NCBI GenBank assembly: GCA_018971305.1
Contig: JAGXBC010000001.1
Span: 173,956-237,955 of the forward strand
Reading direction: 5' to 3'
DNA length: 64,000 bases
Source of the DNA: Patescibacteria group bacterium
GTDB lineage: Bacteria > Patescibacteriota > Minisyncoccia > UBA6257 > 2-01-FULL-56-20
Under the pieces are notes generated by a model that was given only the letters and a program-made list of their open reading frames with translations, did not search any database and was not told the DNA's origin. Below, piece by piece: positions 56,373-64,000 of the stretch. Position numbers and translations under genes: made by a program. Numbering within the stretch: the first letter of the stretch is position 1; each line of letters starts with the position of its first letter.

Positions 56373-57662
56373 TCAGGTGCGGCCATTTTTATTTTCATTC
56401 AAGACCTCTTCAAGGATTGCCCTCTCGTTCCAGGGAATTTTTCTGCCGTTCGCAACATGTATCCAATCCTCACTACCCTTGCCGGTGGCAATAATGGTGT
56501 CACCATTACCAGCCAGACCGACAGCCGCCTTGATTGCCTCGCGCCTGTCGGGAATTTCTCTTGTCACAAGCGACTTGCCGTCCGGAATCCCGGATTTTAT
56601 CTCCGATAGAATCTGCCCGGGGTTCTCGTCGTAAGGGTCTTCGTCCGTCAAAAATATCTCGTCACAGAATTCGGCGGCTACTCTTCCCATCTCCGGACGC
56701 TTCCATTTATCGCGTCCTCCACCGGCAGCACCCAGCACACAAATAAACCTGGAACCCTTAACTGCTTCGACTCGCAATGCTTCATAAATCTTACGCAACG
56801 AATCTGGCGTATGGGCATAATCTACTACGACGGAAAATGGTCTCCTTTGCAGGAACTCCGCTCTTCCCTGAACCCCACGGAAATTCAGCAAAGCTTCTTC
56901 TATTATCTTTTCGGGAATCCCCAGACTATGCGCCACTGCAGCCGCCGCAGCAACGTTATCCCTGTTAAAATCGCTTGGTAAAAACTTGGGGGGCTCGGTT
57001 GCTACAGCTAAGCGGGCCGGGTTGAATTTTGGAAAAACCCTTTCGCTTTCCTCCGTCTCCCGGGAAAAAACGATCGGATTGAACTTTGCGAGTTTCTCTA
57101 AAAAAAATCCGGAATTCTCGTCTTCGCTGTTTATAAAAATTCTTCCCCCACGGACGCCGACGTAATTTAAGAATCCAAGTTTGGCCCTTCGATAATTTTT
57201 AAAAGAACCGTGCGACTCTATGTGTTCCGGTGACAGGTTTGTCAGGACGCCGGCGTTCCAATTTATAAATCTGTGGCGATATAAAACCGCCCCCTGGGAA
57301 GTAACTTCAACCAAGGCATATTTACATCCGGCTCTGACTGCGTCCGATAAAAAGCGCTGGATATAAAACCTCCCGGGCATAGTGTTGCCGAAATTACTTT
57401 TCTTGCTCTGCTCGCCCATCTTCACCCGCAGGGAAGACATCAGCGCCGTCTTTTTACCTGCGGCTTCTAAAATCGCGTTCAGAAGTTCCAGCGTTGTTGT
57501 TTTTCCTTTAGTCCCCGTGACACCGATGACAAAAATTATCTTACCGGGAAAACCGTAGAACAAGGCAGCGCAAACTGCCCAAAGAAAATGGTACAGAGAT
57601 ACTAATCCCGGTACGCGATAGAGAGCCCTAATTAAAGGGAAACGTTTTATTTTGTCCAGCAC
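56373..57662 (-). CDS. Mur ligase family protein (MurE-like UDP-MurNAc-tripeptide synthetase)
   Basis: VIGVTGTKGKTTT P-loop, the SPEHIESHGSFKNYRRAK Mur-ligase central motif and a C-terminal domain. Confidence 0.7.
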   Translation of the reverse strand: MLDKIKRFPLIRALYRVPGLVSLYHFLWAVCAALFYGFPGKIIFVIGVTGTKGKTTTLELLNAILEAAGKKTALMSSLRVKMGEQSKKSNFGNTMPGRFYIQRFLSDAVRAGCKYALVEVTSQGAVLYRHRFINWNAGVLTNLSPEHIESHGSFKNYRRAKLGFLNYVGVRGGRIFINSEDENSGFFLEKLAKFNPIVFSRETEESERVFPKFNPARLAVATEPPKFLPSDFNRDNVAAAAAVAHSLGIPEKIIEEALLNFRGVQGRAEFLQRRPFSVVVDYAHTPDSLRKIYEALRVEAVKGSRFICVLGAAGGGRDKWKRPEMGRVAAEFCDEIFLTDEDPYDENPGQILSEIKSGIPDGKSLVTREIPDRREAIKAAVGLAGNGDTIIATGKGSEDWIHVANGRKIPWNERAILEEVLNENKNGRT

Positions 57663-57686
57663 GTTGATTCTTGCTTTCTCAATTAA

Positions 57687-58265
57687 TTATTTACCGCCCA
57701 AAATACTAAGCGCCTCTTTGAGCCGTGCTTCCAAGCCGACAACCTTTTCGCCAACTTTAGATAAAGCTGCTTTGGCGACGTCCCGCTTGTAACCCAAGCT
57801 TACGAGCGTTTCCACTAAATCCGAATCTGATTCCATTTTTTGAACAACAGCACCGGATTCTTTTGCTTGGACCTTGCTTTTTAAATCCAAAATTATCCGC
57901 TCGGCGGTTTTGCGGCCGATGCCCGATGCACGCGTCAAAAGGTCGGGCCGATTTTCTTTTATGGCCGCTGATAAATTTTTAATTTCTGCTATCTCCAGTA
58001 CGGATAATGCCGACTTCGGTCCAACGCCAGATACTGAAATTAAAAGTTCAAAAAAACCGAGCTCAACTTCATCTAAAAATCCGTATAGCTCCAAACCATC
58101 CTCGCGCATATGGAGATGGCAAAAAAACTTAACTTCGCCTCCGAGGGGGGGAAGTTTCCCTAAATTCCGCGCGTTGGTAAAAATCTTCAATCCCAAACCG
58201 GCAGCGTCAACCACCGCAAACTGTCCGCTCTTTGCCGTTAATTTTCCCGACAAGCTGTAAATCAT
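57687..58265 (-). CDS. ruvA: Holliday junction DNA helicase RuvA
   Basis: MIYSLSGKL..., HhH motifs VSGVGPKSALSVL and ASGIGRKTAERI, and C-terminal domain III. Confidence 0.88.
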   Translation of the reverse strand: MIYSLSGKLTAKSGQFAVVDAAGLGLKIFTNARNLGKLPPLGGEVKFFCHLHMREDGLELYGFLDEVELGFFELLISVSGVGPKSALSVLEIAEIKNLSAAIKENRPDLLTRASGIGRKTAERIILDLKSKVQAKESGAVVQKMESDSDLVETLVSLGYKRDVAKAALSKVGEKVVGLEARLKEALSILGGK

Positions 58266-58394
58266 CCTTATAATTATAAGTTAACGAGGCCGAAAGTTCA
58301 TCTGCGGTATTTTTCTTAAAACCCTTGACACCGATAGGAAATCTGAGCCATTCTTTAACCAGGATTAATATTTAAATACCGTACGGAGGCATGC

Positions 58395-59045
58395 ATGAAA
58401 GACGGACAGATAGGCGAATTCCTAAAACAACGGTGCCGGGAGGAACAATTGCGGCGTGCATTTGCAGATACTTATAGGCAAATCGGCATTGATCTGCTGG
58501 ATAAGTATATGAGCGCCAATATGGACGACCCAACGAAAGAATTGCTCAAAAACACCAATGATGCTTTAGGCAGAATGATTTTATTTTCTGGGAATAATAG
58601 TGGCAGGATAATGCAGGTAGACAAGAGAACGCTACTCGACCTTCTCTTTATCTACAAAACGTACAAAGAAGTGTATCAATATTTTTTTGATACGTACGAA
58701 ACCCTGCCGAACAACGTCATCAGGAAAAAGTGGGGCAGAGCGAGCATGGAACAAGTGGCTAAGTTCGCAGAATCTCGCCTTGAAACATTACAGGCAGATC
58801 TGAAAGATATGGAATCAATAATTTCCGCGACTATTTATATTGATGGGGAAACGATGGAAGAAATGCAGGCATCTTTAACCTGGTTATACTACACAGTATT
58901 CGGAGAAAACGACGAAAATGCCTTCATTAGTACATTCCGTCGGCAAATGATTATTTTGAACAGCGAGGTGGTTCAAGTCGCTGCCAAACAAAGAATTTTA
59001 ACTGCCGAACTTCTCGGCGGTGGTCCCAAGATAGGCAACGCCTAG
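58395..59045 (+). CDS. Hypothetical protein
   Basis: 216-aa ORF, unrecognised. Confidence 0.4.
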   Translation: MKDGQIGEFLKQRCREEQLRRAFADTYRQIGIDLLDKYMSANMDDPTKELLKNTNDALGRMILFSGNNSGRIMQVDKRTLLDLLFIYKTYKEVYQYFFDTYETLPNNVIRKKWGRASMEQVAKFAESRLETLQADLKDMESIISATIYIDGETMEEMQASLTWLYYTVFGENDENAFISTFRRQMIILNSEVVQVAAKQRILTAELLGGGPKIGNA

Positions 59046-59154
59046 ATTATTAAGTGTGTGACCGTTAAAAAACGGTCACATTTATTTTGGGCTTGCAATT
59101 TTCCATTATATCCATATACTATATTCTGTATTCTAAATTATATATTTTAAACCA

Positions 59155-59409
59155 ATGCCAATTACAGCCTCAGCGAAAAAGGCCTGGCGCCAGTCAAAAA
59201 CCAGGCGCGTCAAAAATCTCGTAAAGAAAGAGGTTTATAAAAAACTCGTAAGCCGATATAGAAAGTTTGTAACGGGCAAAAACATTGAGGAGGCGAAAAA
59301 AATCCTGCCCGCAACTTATAAAGCCCTTGATAAGGCGGCGAAGGCTAATATTATTTCTAAGAACAAGGCCAATAGATTGAAATCGCGTCTTACAAAACTA
59401 GCTAAATAA
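59155..59409 (+). CDS. rpsT: 30S ribosomal protein S20
   Basis: MPITASAKKAWRQSKTRRVKN... is a typical S20. A promoter-like TTGCAA...TATACT lies upstream. Confidence 0.85.
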   Translation: MPITASAKKAWRQSKTRRVKNLVKKEVYKKLVSRYRKFVTGKNIEEAKKILPATYKALDKAAKANIISKNKANRLKSRLTKLAK

Positions 59410-59490
59410 AATAATGAACGGCTGCCGTAGTGGACGGCCGTTTTTTATATAGGATTTATTATCGCGCTTACGGCAAAACAAAGCCAAGAC

Positions 59491-60282
59491 TCAACCGATT
59501 ACCAAATCAACCAGAGCTTCTTCATAATCCATTTTTCCGGACTTAACTTTCAAATCGTATTCCGCCATTCTTGGAATTTTTTCATGCCATTGCGAAGCAA
59601 GAATGTTAAAAATCTTCGCCGGTGGATCTCCTATTGCCAAAATCTTCTCCAGAGCAGCAAGCCTGTTTGCCACGCTGGCGCCCTTGAGGCCGCTTATAAT
59701 AAACCAGTAGTTCGGAGCTACTTCTAGGTCAAGATTTTTAAAATCTTTCACGTCCACTTCCCCCTTCTGCATATTACTGATTTTCTGGAGTTCTGTTATG
59801 AGTCCCCAGGTATTTTCCCGATAAGCATCAGCTAAAAATTGAGCAGCGGGACCAGTAAGCGATAAACCGATATTTTGGGCCTCTTTTTTCACATAAGTTT
59901 CCCATTCATATCCAGTTAAATGGACGAATTCTTCAACTTTTGCCTGCTGTTCTAAAAGAAAGGCGAATGCCCGGCGCGGTGCCTTGCGTTCAGAAAATAA
60001 AAACGCTGTGGTTCTCTCTAAAACAAGCGGCGGAAATTCCTTAATGAAATACTTTTCGTTTTTCTCGTTTAATTCGCTTAGGTTTTCAACTATAATCAGC
60101 TTCTTGGGCTCAAAAAGCGACTCGCTCCGCGCGAATGATTTCAGTTCCTCTGGTGCAGCGGAATCTTCCAAATCAAAAATACCCAGGCTCAGGTTAGAGT
60201 ATTTTTTTTTGAATTCATTTACATACCATCTCTTCCTTTCTCCCCGGCGATAATCGTCCGGACCGTATAAGAAAATAATCAT
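59491..60282 (-). CDS. DNA polymerase III delta subunit-like (HolA-like)
   Basis: MIIFLYGPDDYRR... N-terminus and overall helical composition resemble HolA. It is shorter than canonical. Confidence 0.45.
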   Translation of the reverse strand: MIIFLYGPDDYRRGERKRWYVNEFKKKYSNLSLGIFDLEDSAAPEELKSFARSESLFEPKKLIIVENLSELNEKNEKYFIKEFPPLVLERTTAFLFSERKAPRRAFAFLLEQQAKVEEFVHLTGYEWETYVKKEAQNIGLSLTGPAAQFLADAYRENTWGLITELQKISNMQKGEVDVKDFKNLDLEVAPNYWFIISGLKGASVANRLAALEKILAIGDPPAKIFNILASQWHEKIPRMAEYDLKVKSGKMDYEEALVDLVIG

Positions 60283-60287
60283 TATTG

Positions 60288-61949
60288 TTATATTCTCGGC
60301 TTCGTTTTATATTTTGCGGCAGCCTTGATAAATTCCACAAATAAGGGGTGAGGAGATAATGGGCGCGATTTAAGCTCCGGATGGAACTGCGTTCCCAAAA
60401 AAAACGGGTGTTGTTCGCGCGACAATTCTGCTATTTCCATCAGACGGCCGTCGGGAGAATGGCCGGAAAATTCCAGGCCACTTTTTTCCAGTTTAACTAT
60501 ATAATCTGGATTTACTTCGTAGCGGTGCCGATGGCGCTCTGAAATCTTATTTGTACCGTAGGCGCCGATCGCAATTGTTTTCTTATCCAGAATGGCCGGA
60601 TAAGCCCCAAGACGCATTGTCCCACCATAATTTTTTTCGGCCATCAGCTTTTTCTGCTCCGGAAGAATATCAATAATTGGGTGTTTTGTTTTAGGGTCGA
60701 TCTCGGTCGTATTAGCATCTTTTAATTTCAGGACATTGCGCGCGAACTCCACGACTGCCAATTGCATTCCATAGCAGAGACCAAAGTACGGGATTTTGTG
60801 CTCGCGGCAATACTCTATTACTTTTAGCTTTCCTTTGATGCCACGGCTGCCAAAACCTCCGGGCACAATAATTCCATTATAATCACCCAACTTTTTAAGT
60901 TCGCCGGCGCCTTTTTCAAACTTTCCTGCGTCCAACCACTCTATTTCCGGATTACATTTTAAAGCTGCGGAGGCGTGTTTAACGGCCTCAATCACAGAAA
61001 TATAAGAATCGGTTAAGACAAAATTCCCGGATTCAAAATACTTTCCCACAATACCGATTTTCAAAGTTCTTTTGGCATTCCGCATAGCCGAAACAAGCCG
61101 CCTCCATTGCTTCAAATCCCTGTGTCCGAATCTTAACGAAAGTTTGCCCAATATTCTGTCCCCCAAGTTATCTTTTTCAAAGTTGATTGGCACTTCATAA
61201 ATATTTTTAACATCCGGAGCGGAAATAACATTTCCATGGTCAAGACTGCACATGAATTCTATTTTGTCTTTTCTTTTTTTATCCAGAGGAACTGGCGCCC
61301 TGGCTAAAATAACATCCGGATGTAAACCCACCGAATTCAAACTTCTCACGGCGTGCTGAGTCGGTTTGGTTTTTAGTTCCGTGCCCCCGGCCCCGAGTGC
61401 CGGCAAAAAACTCACAAGAACCAAGGCCACGTTGTGAGGATATTTTAGTTTAAGCATCCTGATCGCTTCCAAAAAAAGTATGTTCTCGTATTCACCGACC
61501 GTTCCCCCCACTTCCGTAATCACGATTTCGGCATTATTTTGAGAAGCAGCTGTGTTTATTCTATCTATAACCTCTAACGGTATGCGCGGGACGACTTCCA
61601 CCTGCTTGCCGCCGTATCCCAAGTTGCGCTCACGGGTGATAACAGACAAATAAATACTGCCGGTTGTCATATAATTGGCACGCGTAAGATCCCGATTTAA
61701 AAATCTTTCGTAATTACCCATATCCTGATCGCACTCCGTACCATCATCCAAAACAAAAACCTCGCCGTGCTCTGTCGGATTCATCGTTCCGGCATCAACG
61801 TTCACGTAGGGGTCTATCTTTATGGCAGTAACTTTAAAACCCCGCGACTGCAAAATTTTTCCGATAGAAGCCGACGCCACGCCCTTGCCTACTCCGGACA
61901 TCACTCCGCCGACAACGAAAACATATTTAGGATTTTTTATTTTTGGCAT
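60288..61949 (-). CDS. pyrG: CTP synthase
   Basis: N-terminal KYVFVVGGVMSGVGKGVASASIG and a C-terminal glutamine amidotransferase domain (GLCYGMQ, HPE). Confidence 0.93.
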   Translation of the reverse strand: MPKIKNPKYVFVVGGVMSGVGKGVASASIGKILQSRGFKVTAIKIDPYVNVDAGTMNPTEHGEVFVLDDGTECDQDMGNYERFLNRDLTRANYMTTGSIYLSVITRERNLGYGGKQVEVVPRIPLEVIDRINTAASQNNAEIVITEVGGTVGEYENILFLEAIRMLKLKYPHNVALVLVSFLPALGAGGTELKTKPTQHAVRSLNSVGLHPDVILARAPVPLDKKRKDKIEFMCSLDHGNVISAPDVKNIYEVPINFEKDNLGDRILGKLSLRFGHRDLKQWRRLVSAMRNAKRTLKIGIVGKYFESGNFVLTDSYISVIEAVKHASAALKCNPEIEWLDAGKFEKGAGELKKLGDYNGIIVPGGFGSRGIKGKLKVIEYCREHKIPYFGLCYGMQLAVVEFARNVLKLKDANTTEIDPKTKHPIIDILPEQKKLMAEKNYGGTMRLGAYPAILDKKTIAIGAYGTNKISERHRHRYEVNPDYIVKLEKSGLEFSGHSPDGRLMEIAELSREQHPFFLGTQFHPELKSRPLSPHPLFVEFIKAAAKYKTKPRI

Positions 61950-62743
61950 TTGCTACAGAAAAAAGACGAGCGCCCGCCCACCTTTATTCTCTTTATTTTA
62001 ACACCACAACGAAAACATTTCTCGCCCTCCCGGCCATAGACAGTATGTGATTCCTGATAACCGCCGGATGAGCCGTCTACCCTCTTATAATCACGGAGGG
62101 TGGAACCGCCTTGTTTGATAGCCTCCCGCAAAATCTTCTTTATCGCAGCCACAAGCCGGGCCGCCTCCGTTTTATTTAAGCTACCAGCCTTTCTCAACGG
62201 CTTTATTTTGGCTAGCCATAACGATTCATCCGCATAAATATTGCCTATACCAGCAACCAAGTGCTGATCCAAAAGTGCCAATTTTATAGCACGGGAAGAA
62301 TTTTTGAACGCCGCCATCAGGAAGGCAACGTTAAAACCGGAGGACAACGGCTCAATCCCGAGTCGCGGCAACAATTCCTTGTTCTTTAGCCAATTGATAG
62401 TTCCGAAACGTCGTACGTCCACGAAGCGCAGAATTGAGCCATCGTGAAAATGAAAACGGGCCCGTTCGTGTTTGCCGATATCCTTACCATTGTTGTTCGA
62501 AGCCTGATCGTCAAAAAGTAATTCCCCCGTCATACGAAGATGCACAATACAGCGCATCCCCTTGTCTGTTTCGCAGACGATATATTTTCCCCGCCTGCCA
62601 ACCGATACAAAACTCAAGGGCAGAGAAAGGCGCGGTTTTGAAATTCTTTTCTTATCCGAAATAGAAAAGCGGCGCAGTTTTTTTCCTAAAACCCTGCGCC
62701 GTAAACCGCGAACAATTGTTTCTACCTCAGGAAGTTCTGGCAT
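61937..62743 (-). CDS. mutM: Formamidopyrimidine-DNA glycosylase (Fpg/MutM)
   Basis: MPELPEVET N-terminal catalytic Pro, H2TH domain and C-terminal zinc finger CFRCGVKI...CSKCQ. Confidence 0.9.
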   Translation of the reverse strand: MPELPEVETIVRGLRRRVLGKKLRRFSISDKKRISKPRLSLPLSFVSVGRRGKYIVCETDKGMRCIVHLRMTGELLFDDQASNNNGKDIGKHERARFHFHDGSILRFVDVRRFGTINWLKNKELLPRLGIEPLSSGFNVAFLMAAFKNSSRAIKLALLDQHLVAGIGNIYADESLWLAKIKPLRKAGSLNKTEAARLVAAIKKILREAIKQGGSTLRDYKRVDGSSGGYQESHTVYGREGEKCFRCGVKIKRIKVGGRSSFFCSKCQK

Positions 62744-62761
62744 TATGAAAATTTAACAAAA

Positions 62762-63994
62762 TCATTCTTCCAGCGCCATCTCGTGCTGCGGCACAGAATT
62801 AATATCTGTAGCGATAGTAAAATGGAAAACGCTGCCGCGTCCCGGCTCGGAATCCACCCAGATTTTGCCGCCATGAGCCTGCACGATATTTTTCACAATA
62901 TACAAACCCAAGCCGGTACCCTCCGTTTGCGTCTTAACGGCGTTACTTGCCCTGTAAAACTTTTTGAAAAGATTGTCTATGTCAGCAGGAGCGATGCCGA
63001 TACCAGTATCTTTAACGCTAATTTCGAGGAACGGCCCGTCGGAAACCTTTTCCACCCTGACAATAACTTCTCCGTTCTCCGTATTGTAGCGAACTGAGTT
63101 CTCAATAAGATTATCCAGGGCACGAGATAATTTCGTCCGATCGATAAATGGCTGAGGTAGATCGTTTTTAGGTTTTTCGAAATATATCTTTATTCCCGCG
63201 CGCTCGGACATCGGCATAACGGTTCCGAGAACTTCATTAATGAACTGCACAATATCTACTTGTTCAAACTTATAGCCAAAATGTCCCTCTTCTATCTTCG
63301 CTACATCCAATAAATCCTCCACAACTTGGAAAAGGTTGCGCCCCGCCGTTAGTGCGGTTTCCACTATAGTTTTGGCGTTTTCGTTCAAACTCTCGTCACT
63401 AGCCAATGATTGTAAGGCCCAATTAATATCGGTTACCGGCGTACGTAACTGATGAGACGCAACGGTCAAAAATTCCCCCTTGGATTTTATAAGTGATATT
63501 TCCCTGGTGCGATCGCGGATTATTTTCATAAAACCGAGAAGTTCGTTCAGTTCTCCGCGGACAGGAATCGTCGAAACCCTCAGCTCCAGTTCGGGGTCGG
63601 TAAAGGATATATCAACAATTTGCGGGTACTCACCCACGCGCGAACGGCTGATAACCGTAGGCGCGAGCGACGAGAAAATAACCTGAGCCAAAAGTTTTTT
63701 GGATTCATTGCCCACATCCTGGGGCTGGAACTTCTGCCCAACGATATCCTCCGACTTCGTTTTAAATAAATTCTCAGCCGCCGGATTAAAAAATAAAATA
63801 TTGAAGTCGTGGTCGTAAACAACAAGGGCGTCGTCCAGGCCAAGCAATATATTCGCGAGTTCGCTTTTTTCCAGGCGGCCGGCGCGCTCACTTTTCGCGG
63901 CTCTATATATAAGGGCAAATGAAATCCCTCCGGTAACCATAAGCAGTCCGCCCTCGATAAACGCCACAAGTGCCGGCAAGAATATAAAACCCAA
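62762..63994 (-). CDS. Sensor histidine kinase (TM, PAS-like, HisKA, HATPase_c)
   Basis: H-box VASHQLRTPVTDI, N-box and G-boxes (DTGIGIAP, GTGLGL). N-terminal TM. Confidence 0.8.
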   Translation of the reverse strand: MGFIFLPALVAFIEGGLLMVTGGISFALIYRAAKSERAGRLEKSELANILLGLDDALVVYDHDFNILFFNPAAENLFKTKSEDIVGQKFQPQDVGNESKKLLAQVIFSSLAPTVISRSRVGEYPQIVDISFTDPELELRVSTIPVRGELNELLGFMKIIRDRTREISLIKSKGEFLTVASHQLRTPVTDINWALQSLASDESLNENAKTIVETALTAGRNLFQVVEDLLDVAKIEEGHFGYKFEQVDIVQFINEVLGTVMPMSERAGIKIYFEKPKNDLPQPFIDRTKLSRALDNLIENSVRYNTENGEVIVRVEKVSDGPFLEISVKDTGIGIAPADIDNLFKKFYRASNAVKTQTEGTGLGLYIVKNIVQAHGGKIWVDSEPGRGSVFHFTIATDINSVPQHEMALEE

Positions 63995-64000
63995 TATGAA

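Noticed and set aside
1-64000. Looked for CRISPR arrays, transposase/IS elements and integrases
   Set aside because: No arrays of regularly spaced direct repeats were seen. No DDE transposase or tyrosine/serine recombinase ORFs were recognised by eye. The only mobile-type element seen is the DGR.

Overview
This 64 kb window looks like a compact housekeeping region of a small-genome bacterium. Gene content and style suggest Candidate Phyla Radiation / Patescibacteria, but that assignment is inference only. Genes are densely packed on both strands and include clpB, htrA-like, a NifS/IscS-like desulfurase, ftsK, recA, gpmI, secG, rnj, trpS, ileS, argS, smpB, infC-rpmI-rplT, polX, a family-4 UDG, hup, ruvA, rpsT, pyrG and mutM. 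RNA genes are tRNA-Leu(CAG), tRNA-Arg(CCG) and a tmRNA.

The most notable element is a complete diversity-generating retroelement (DGR) of about 2.7 kb sitting between ileS and argS. It has a DGR-type reverse transcriptase, an Avd-like accessory gene whose frame is broken by a C11 homopolymer, and a 119-bp template repeat. A matching variable repeat lies at the 3' end of a small target gene. Eleven of the 12 TR/VR differences fall at template adenines. A GC hairpin follows the VR and a 16-bp perfect inverted repeat lies upstream of the target.

A second unusual feature is a complete histidine-phosphatase domain (about 200 aa) inserted inside the isoleucyl-tRNA synthetase catalytic domain. Other observations are a frameshifted phosphomannomutase gene, a membrane-anchored Clp-family ATPase with a degenerate first ATPase domain, an inverted-repeat operator candidate in the clpB leader, and a cluster of GC hairpins downstream of ftsK. 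No CRISPR array or transposase was seen.
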